Positions 11,840 to 20,000 of a stretch of 20,000 bases of DNA are shown piece after piece; the first letter of the stretch is position 1, and every line of letters begins with the position of its first letter. Made by a program: the position numbers and the translations under genes. Source of the DNA: Jimgerdemannia flammicorona (Eukaryota); the NCBI GenBank assembly GCA_003990765.1, contig RBNJ01000009.1:46635-66634 (forward strand), read 5' to 3'. The notes under the pieces are model-generated. The model searched no databases. It worked only from the letters and a program-made list of their open reading frames with translations, and was not told the DNA's origin.

Positions 11840-12325
11840 TGTGATGGTTGATCTAAATTAGTAACATGAATCAGAGGAATAAGACATTTGATCACAATAC
11901 CTGAATCTAATTCCCAAATATAGTATAACCCAGATAGCAGTCATTTCACAAATATTAAAGTTTTCATGAATGTTAAACTATTTACAGATGTTAAACTCTT
12001 TGACAATTGTTAAAGATTTAACAGATGTCAAGGATTTAATACTTGTGAAAGAAATAACTTATAGGAAATATAGTCATAACTTAGCCATCTTATAGCTAGC
12101 AAAACTTGTATAAATAACCTAGTATCTCAGAGTAAATAAAGCCTTAGATCAAAATAGTTCAAAGCAAAGAGATAGCAAAGGAACTAGTAAGTCTGTGGGC
12201 AGATATACTTTGAACTCACCCACCCTCTCCTGCAACTTAAAGAACTCTGCGAGAGTCAGAATAGTCAAGTTTTCAAGATACAAAAATCTGACATACTTTC
12301 AAGAGTAAGTGTCTGCTACATTATA
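11840..12325 (+). repeat. 5' LTR of copy B (486 bp)
   Basis: TGTGATGG...CATTATA, with the terminal CA mutated to TA. Confidence 0.95.
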
Positions 12326-12328
12326 ACT

Positions 12329-12346
12329 TAGTGCTCATTGGCTGGT
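12329..12346 (+). promoter_or_regulatory. Primer-binding site, copy B
   Basis: TAGTGCTCATTGGCTGGT (TGG>TAG) 3 nt after the LTR, homologous to the copy A PBS. Confidence 0.75.
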
Positions 12347-12439
12347 GATTCAAGATGAATATCTCACTTTCAAGCTAAATAATAAACAACTGTTACTACC
12401 TGAACAACCATATAAACTGAGTCCCAATACTCAGACAAG

Positions 12440-15400
12440 ATGGATATGAGACCACTAGTATTCCACAGACATATCTCAAATGAATCAATCATCACCTTCA
12501 TTGATTATTTCAAGTAGTATATTGCTGTAAGGACTCTGACAGCAGCACAGCAAGTAGCCCTTATGTCCTTTAGCCTACAAGACCCTGCAAGAGTAGCATT
12601 CACAGCTGTAAAATATGTGAGAAATGATGCCAGTGCTACACTGATAGCACAGAAGACCTGGCTTCGAACTACCTACTATATAGATGAGATCAAGCAAGCT
12701 CTAAAGAACCAGCTCAACACAATATGCCAAGGAATAAGTGAAGATCCAAATATATTCTACACAAGAATCTAATACTAGATAATCCTTGCAGATTATACTA
12801 ATGTTATCTGAGACCAAGTAGCTGAAGTAACCTTCATAAAAGGAGTCCACCCAGAGATAGCCATAGCCATCTGCTCATCACCAGTAATTCTGGATCTACC
12901 ACAGAAGGTCACCTATGCTCAGTGATACTGGATAGCTAGACACCCACAAGACTATACAATGGAGAGGGTCACAGGAGTCAGAATCAAAGCATCTAAGGCA
13001 ACCAGTATGATCCCTATCATGATGATCAATTGAAACACACCTCAGTCCAAAGCTACAGAACAGCAAAAGAACAGTGATCCTTTGGAGAAACTTACCAAAA
13101 GGTTCATGGAAATGACTGCCTATCTGGGAGATATGGTAAAAGAGATCAGAGGAAGAGACTGCTGCCCTGTTCAGAAGTTTGCTACCACCTCAGACAAGAA
13201 GAAAGGTACCTGCTATACCTGTGGAGAAGAAGGCCACTACTCCTATGAATGTATAAGCGAAACCAAGTGCAAGGCCCAGCCAAGTAATGCTACTAGAAAT
13301 AAGGAGTAGACTAATACAATTACCTTCAAAGAAATTGAAAATTCTGATGAAGAAGAATGGGAGGCCTATCCTGCCCAGACCACTAAGAAGGATGTTTGCA
13401 AAGAGCTCTATAAGAGACTGCCAGGAAGACCCAAGAAGAACCCAGTGGAAAAGCAGATGGAAACTGCCACAGAAAGCCAAGTCGAAGAGATGGACCAAGA
13501 TATAGAGCTGGAGCAAGCAGTTCAAGATATTATCCAAGGAACTGCTCTAGTCAGTGAAGGAGAAAAAGAAAAGAAACTTTGCAAGATCAAGACTTTTAAG
13601 TATAATATCTTCAAGGACTTTAGCCAATAAAAGGTCAATGCAACTTTTGGTCAGCTTGCAGAAATCCCAATATTCAGACAGCAAATGAGGTTCCGACTTG
13701 CCAAAACAACCAAGGAACAAGGATGAAAGATAACCAAGACCAACAATATTCAAGAAGACTCAGGAAAAGAGAGTGAAGATAATTGCAAAACCTCTGCCTA
13801 TGCAATATACCAGATTGAATATAGAATCTTTGAAGCTATCATCAATACTGAAGCAGAAGAATATCTTCTCAGCAAGAAGGCAGCAGACTGCCTAGGTTGG
13901 GAGGTTGAAGAAGTAACTAAGTTGGTATTCATTACAGCAGATAGCACAAGAGCCACCCCTCTGGAAAAGATCCGAGATGTCTCCATCAAGATTGGAGGAG
14001 CAATCATCTCAGTAGATATAATCATAACCAATGCCACCAACTATGACATTCTCATTGGCAATCAATGGCTTCACAAAGCTAGGGCAGTAATTGACCTTAA
14101 TGCTCAAAAGATGCAAATCACCTATTAGGGACAGAAGATATGAATTCCCATCAATGTCAATAAAGGAGTCTTGCCTGATATAGAGAAAGAAGAGAGCAAG
14201 CAAGAGAAAGCCTATATGGTAACTATTCCAAAGAAGAAAGTAGGATAGATGAGTGAAGAAGAATGGTGCAAGAAGATCACAGAAGGCTATGCACTACAAG
14301 GAGTCTGTCCTCACAGGATTAAGATGTACTGTATGGAGTATGTCAATGATTGCTACCAGTATACCATCAGAATCAAAAAGATCCACTAGGAAAGAAGACA
14401 GAAAGCTCTTGAAGAACAGGTCAGAGAAGAGAAGGAGGAGGAAGATGATGAACCATCAGCCCTTCTGGAGGACAGTGACAATGAAGAAATCAAGGTCAAG
14501 ATTTGAAGGACCCACCCTGATGTAGTTCTGCCAGAATACAAGTCAGAAAATGTAGCCAGAATGGACATTGCCACAGTAGAAGAAGCCATACTGGAACCCC
14601 AGACAACCACCCTACTTGCAACTGGACTGAAAATGACCATTCCAAAGGACCATGTTGGGATCCTTAAGATAAGAAGCAGCCTGGCCAGAAGCAAAATTAC
14701 TATTGAAGGAGGAGTCATCAATTATGACTATACTGGAGAAATCCTGCTCATTGTCAGAAATCACAATCCTACAATTCCATTCCCAGTCAAGAAGAAGAAC
14801 TGATTGGTACAGATGCTGATCTTTCCGATCCTACAACTAAGGATCATAGAAGTCAAGAATTTGGAGGAAATGAAAAGAGAAAAGAAAAGATTTGGATCCA
14901 CAGAAAGAGGAGTATTCGTCAGCACCAAGATCACTAAACTGGAGCATAAGAAGGAGGAAACCACAAACAAGTACAGCTACACCATTGGAAATGAATTCTC
15001 ACTCAAGGAAGAACTCAAGAAAATACTCTATGAATTCAAGGATGTCCTTGCCACAGACTTTAAGGATATCAAAGGAAAGACTCTGTACTACTATCATGAG
15101 GTAGATACTAGAGATACTGAACCAATTTACCAGAAGGCAAGACCTGTCCCACTAGCCTACTGAGAATGGCTCAGAGAAGAAATCAAGCAGATGGAAGAAG
15201 CCAGTATTATCAAAGAAGCCAGCAGCCCCTGGTCTTTACCAGTTATACTAGCCCTGAAAAAAGGAAGTAAGTCTGGAGAATTCACCCCAAGACTCTGTGT
15301 TGACTACAGAAAGCTCAATGTAGTCACCAAGAAGGATCACCAACCACTGCCCCTCATTAGCAACATTCTTATAACACTAGGAGATGAAGTACAGTACTAC

Positions 15401-16426
15401 AGCACCTTAGACTTGTACTCAGGATTCCACCAAATTGGACTCACAGAAATGGCAAGTGAAAAGTCAGCCTTCATCACCCCTGATAGAACCTATATCTACC
15501 TGTGAATGCCATTTGGGATGTGCAATACACTAGCAAGCTTCTAATGAATAATGAACAAAATCTTCTACTATGACATGGGAAGATGGATAATGGTTTATAT
15601 TGATGATGTAATCATCTACAGCAAGACACCTGAGGAACATCTGCAGCACATATAGCAGATAATAGAGAGACTAAGACAACATGGCCTTTACATCAAACCC
15701 AAGAAGTACAAGTTTGCAGAAATTGAGATCTTCTACCTTGGCCATGTTATTAATCGAGATGGAACATATATGGACCCCCTCAAGATACAAGCAGTAGCAG
15801 CATACTCAAGGCCTGCTACTGTTACAGAAGCCCAAGCCTTCATGGAATTTGCCTCCTACTATTGCAGATTTATTAGAGGATTCTCCAACATCACAGATCC
15901 AATCTATGAACTCAATAAGAAGGATACCAAGTTTCAGTGGGCTGGTAGACAACAAAAAGCATTTGATGAACTCAAGATCAGACTGATCCAGGCACCCATC
16001 CTCAGATAACCCAATTGGACTCAAGAATTCATTCTGCAGACAGATGTAAGTGTACAGAGACTAAGAGCAGTCCTAGCTCAAAAGAAAGACAAAAAAGAAT
16101 ATGTCATTATATACCTTAGCTATGGAACCCAAGGAGCTGAAAAAGAATATGAATCCTACAATTTGGAATGTCTTATAGTTATCTGGGCTGTGGAAAAGTT
16201 CCACTACTACCTGGCTAAAAGACACTTCACTATCCAGACAGACCACTTAGCTCTTATCTGACTACTGACAACTAGACAACCTAAAGGAATCTATATCAGA
16301 TGGATAATGAAGCTACAAGTCTATGATGTAACTATTGTACACTGCTCTGGAAGAACAAATTCCAATGCAAATGCTCTCTCATAGACATCCTGAAATACCG
16401 CTAACTAATAAATTGATCATGAATAA
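12440..16426 (+). pseudogene. gag-pol: ORF1, Gag-PR-dUTPase-RT-RNase H (copy B; 1328 codons in one frame, interrupted only by stops)
   Basis: ORF-track fragments starting 12563, 13082, 13445, 13922, 14561, 14804, 15191 and 15770 share one frame. Motifs: CYTCGEEGHYSYEC, IINTEA (from DTGA), dUTPase, SPWSLPV, LCVDYRKLN, LDLYSGFHQI, YIDD (~15596-15607) and RNase H. The start ATG is inferred. Confidence 0.94.
14489..14905 (+). pseudogene. dut: dUTPase domain between PR and RT (copy B)
   Basis: RSSLA, GGVINYDYTGEI, LVQML, RFGST. Confidence 0.95.
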
Positions 16427-17606
16427 GAAACTTTACTATGGAATCATCACATATCTGAGACAGTGAAAGATGCCCCAATATCTGGAAGAATGGGCATAAA
16501 AGATTATCAATAGAACATGGAAATAATTTGAAACTGATAGAGAAACACTGAAGAAAGAAAAACTACTAGTTATATCAGAACACAAGAAGGAGTAAGCAAT
16601 GAAATCAGTACATGAACTTGGCCATCTAAGAGGAACAAATACATATGACAAGGTAAGAAGAATGATATAGTGGCCAGGAATGGAGGAAGATATTAGACAA
16701 TTTGTCAAAACCTATGACAAATGCCAGAAACAGAAGCAAGACCAACAAAACCAAGCTCCAGGATCAGCATGTATAGAACCAGTACCATTCACCTACATAG
16801 CAATAGATGTAATTAATCCTCTACCCTTAACCTTGACTGGCAACTGATATATCATTGTCATCATAGACTTTTTTACAAAATGGATAGAAGCAGAACCCCT
16901 CAAGGAAGCCAATGCACAGTTAATCATTGATTTCTTCCACAAAGAAATCATCTGTCAGTTCAAGACCCCAATACAAGTAACTACAGATAGAGGAACAGAA
17001 TTCATGAACCAGTTCTTTGAGGTTCTCTACAAGTACAAGATCCAGCACATTCAGACCACAGCCTATCACCCTCAAGGAAATAGATAAGCAGAAAGGACCA
17101 ATAAGACCCTCAAGAATATTATTGCCAAGATCTGTAATAACTATGAAAACTGGGATCACTATCTGCCAATAGTATTATCTGCTCTCTGGGATATCAGATC
17201 ACAAAGTACCCACTTTATCCCTTGAGAGATACTGTTTGGAGAAGAAAGTTCTTGAGAAATCCTATCATCCAATGGAGATGCTATATGGAAACATGTGGAT
17301 GGAAAAATACAGAGACTATACGAAATCAGGAAGAAGGCCAAAGATTACATAACCAAGGCACAGATACTATAATGGAAGAATGCAGAAAAGACCCACAAAC
17401 TCTTGGAGATTATCAAGATAGGAGATAAAGTTCTGGTGTATTAGAATATAGTAGAAGCTTCATGGTCATGAAAACTGGAGCCCAAGTGGGAAGGACCTTA
17501 CCTTGTGCAAGATATAAAAGAGACCACCTTTTGGCTACGAAAACTCTCAGGTACAATCATCCCTACTACTATTTACTGAAACCAACTCAAGAGGTACCAT
17601 GGCTAA
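16419..17606 (+). pseudogene. int: ORF2, integrase (copy B)
   Basis: ATG at 16419 lies in the +1 frame and overlaps the ORF1 stop (16424-16426). Contains VHELGHL...TYDKCQK, IAIDVI, TTDRGTEF, AYHPQGN and KWEGPY. Ends YHG*. Confidence 0.9.
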
Positions 17607-18060
17607 TCAGAGGAGTACTGCCTCAGCTCTCAAGATCACTAGTGCTGCACAGTGAGCCATAGAAAGACAATGGTGCACCACCAAACTACCTGTTATAGAG
17701 GAATCTTTTGACAGTATCCAGAGCATAGTCCAGACACACCTGTCATGAATTTCACACTTCAAAGCTTACCAGAACTGAACTGAGTTTCAGGAATACTTCA
17801 AACTGAGATAACTACTGAATTTGCAGCCAGAGATGGGAAAAGAGGACTGGATTAGAGAGTGTCAGCTTTCCTATGCTCAGATCATGATTGCCAAACAAAT
17901 CAACAAGTTGTTCAAAGATGATGAACCAGCCTTAGCCCACTTTTAAGAAATAGTCCTAGGAGATTTCAGATATATCAAAAGATATCATTAGGAGAACATA
18001 ATGACACAAATTGCACAGTATAAGGAAATACAAATTGTAGAAGCATGGGTGTTTGAGTAA
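17599..18060 (+). pseudogene. ORF3, unknown 153-aa protein (copy B)
   Basis: ATG overlaps the integrase stop, and the ORF ends 20 nt before the PPT. Collinear with copy A. Confidence 0.75.
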
Positions 18061-18080
18061 ATAGAATGTTTTACCTATTC

Positions 18081-18090
18081 AGGAGGAAGT
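18081..18090 (+). promoter_or_regulatory. Polypurine tract, copy B
   Basis: AGGAGGAAGT directly before the TGTAATGG LTR start. Confidence 0.8.
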
Positions 18091-18576
18091 TGTAATGGTT
18101 GATCTGAATTAGTAACATGAATCAGAGGAATAAGACATTTAATTGCAGTACCTGAATCCAATTCCCAAATATAGTATAGCCCAGATAGCAGTTATTTCAC
18201 AAATGTTAAAGTTTTTACAAACATTATACTATTCACAGATATTAAACTCTTTGACAATTATCAAAGATTTAATAGATATCAAGGATTTAACACTTGTGAA
18301 AGAAATGACTCATAGGAAACATAGTCATAACTTAGCCATCTCATAGCTAGCAAAACTTATATAAATAACCTAGTATCTTAGAGTGAATAAAGTCTTAGAT
18401 CGAAATAGTTCAAAGCAAAGAGATAGCAAAGGAACTAGTAAGCCTACAGGCAGATATACTTCAAACACACCCACTCTTCTCTGCAACTCAAAGGACTCTG
18501 TAAGAGTCAGAACAGTCAAGTTTTCAAGATACAGAAATCTGACATACTTTCAAGAGTAAGCATCTGTTATATTATA
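18091..18576 (+). repeat. 3' LTR of copy B (486 bp)
   Basis: Direct repeat of 11840-12325, followed by TSD ATAT. Confidence 0.95.
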
Positions 18577-18580
18577 ATAT

Positions 18581-18789
18581 CCAAATTTAGTGATATTTAA
18601 CTTATTAGATTCTTCTATATAAGATGAATTTAAGAAGCTAAATATCATTAAATTTGGATGTATTTTTAACAAGTTATTATATTTCTAAAAATAGAATTCA
18701 AATTAGACCCTTAATTCAATTTGAATTTGATTCAATTCAAAATTTATTTGAATTAAAAAATCTCCAATTTAATTTATTTATGAGCACTA
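18581..18789. mobile_element. hAT-like foldback MITE, centre and right part
   Basis: Internal hairpin CCAAATTTAGTGATATTTAAC...GCTAAATATCATTAAATTTGG. 18669-18703 is inverted to 11798-11832. Ends ...GAGCACTA, followed by GTAATGTA. Confidence 0.75.
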
Positions 18790-19854
18790 GTAATGTATAG
18801 TTATTTTTTCTATAATAGAACTTAGTAATTAGTCTATAAGTTTATAATTTTAATAGAGTTATTACTAGATCTTCTGTAGTAATTTTTAATAGACTTGATA
18901 TTCTTAGTAGTAGATCTATAATAGTATTAGAGTTACCAGTATTAGGTTTTGGGTATTTCTTCAACTATTCTTTTAGATCATAATAATATAATAGAGACTT
19001 TACTAAGTCTAGTAGTTTATAATCCTTACTATTAGATTATCTTTACTTATATATAGGGAACTCAGTAGTAGAGATGAGATTTCCTTTAGTTAGTATAATA
19101 TCTTTTATAGTTTAAAAAGGGGTTGACTTTATAGTAGTAGTTAATAGAGAAAAAATTCAAAAAATATTTACTTATAGCTTTAATTGATTTTCTTATTAAT
19201 TTTTTGAGTATAGATAACCTTTATTGAGTATAATGAATATATCAAATACTTCTTAGATGATTTTATTATTAAGTCTATTAAATTCCTTTTAGCTAGTATG
19301 AGTCTCAGTCTACTTAGTAATAATTCTATTAGCTTTTTTGACTTAGTTTTAGAGAGTAGTCAGAGTGAAGATATTCTTTTATTATTACTAATAATATTAG
19401 TAATATTGACTGAGTTATCTATATTTGTAGTAGATTTCTTAAGAAAACCTTACTTGTAGATAGAAGTAACTTTTACTACTACTAAATTATATACTAATAG
19501 AATTAATATTTATAAATAATTAAGATTGACTATCAGCTCTAAGTTTTGAGTTCTTGTAAAGAAGTACTAAGTTTCAATTATCTATTATAGTAATGTAATC
19601 TAAGTATTACTTTCAGATTCTTGTAAAAGTATCATACTTATATCTTAAGTTAATCAGGTTTGAAATTATTAATAAGTTAGATCTAAGAGTTTTATAATAA
19701 GAATACTACTTTATTCTTATATTCAGAAAAAGTAGAGCTAAGGTTATAATATATTCAATATAGAGAGTATTTATATAGATTTGAAACTATAACTAAAAAT
19801 AATATATATACTAGATATATCTATATATAGTTATACTATATTTAGTATCTATAG

Positions 19855-20000
19855 TGTGATGGTACAGCCGAATTTGGAAGAAGGAAATAGGGAATAGACA
19901 CTTGATCGCACCCATTCCCAAAGTAGTATAGCCTTATAGTTAGCAGTCCTCGATTTCGACATTGTCTAAATTCTTAGACATTATCCAAATCGAATACCCC
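19855..20000. mobile_element. Probable start of another, younger LTR element (runs off the window)
   Basis: Abrupt switch from very AT-rich DNA to sequence with 5 CpGs in 146 bp. Begins TGTGATGGT like the A/B LTR terminus and is preceded by ATAG. Confidence 0.5.

Larger units (their letters stand above)
11840..18576 (+). mobile_element. Ty3/Gypsy LTR retrotransposon, copy B (same family as A)
   Basis: LTRs at 11840-12325 and 18091-18576, 4-bp TSD ATAT (11836-11839 and 18577-18580), collinear reverse complement of copy A. Confidence 0.97.

Noticed and set aside
17222-17662. Sense alternative-frame ORFs overlapping the integrase C-terminus (also 4439-4849, 136 aa)
   Set aside because: They overlap the true integrase frame, are broken in copy B and show no recognisable domain. 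The similarity between copies follows from DNA homology.
17599-18060. ORF3 as a retroviral env gene
   Set aside because: It is too short and has no signal peptide, furin site, fusion peptide or transmembrane segment.
18143-18346. 67-aa ORF inside the 3' LTR
   Set aside because: It has a non-ATG start and no motif, and the frame is not clearly preserved in the other LTRs.
18798-19854. AT-rich tract with a possible PPT (AAAAAGGGG at ~19114) and TATA-like motifs
   Set aside because: I could not recover a protein motif or a paired boundary. It is probably decayed repeat or LTR sequence but cannot be supported as a feature.

Overview
A eukaryotic, probably fungal, nest of transposable elements with no recognisable host gene. 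CpG is almost absent and C>T/G>A mutation is heavy. Two full-length copies of one Ty3/Gypsy LTR retrotransposon family sit head-to-head: copy A at 3514-10256 (-) and copy B at 11840-18576 (+). They have 480-486 bp LTRs, a PBS, a PPT and 4-bp TSDs (CTAT, ATAT). Comparing the copies reconstructs a three-ORF layout: ORF1 is Gag-PR-Cys/His module-dUTPase-RT-RNase H, ORF2 is a stand-alone integrase, and ORF3 is an unknown 153-aa protein. Each ORF overlaps the next by an 8-nt ATGnnTAA in the +1 frame. Copy A inserted into the dUTPase of an older, different Gypsy element whose order is Gag-dUTPase-Cys/His module-PR. Copy B inserted into a ~350-bp hAT-like foldback MITE, which lies upstream of that older element's gag. 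A decayed chromovirus 3' half occupies ~415-2847, and a probable younger CpG-retaining LTR begins at 19855. All coding regions are now pseudogenes.
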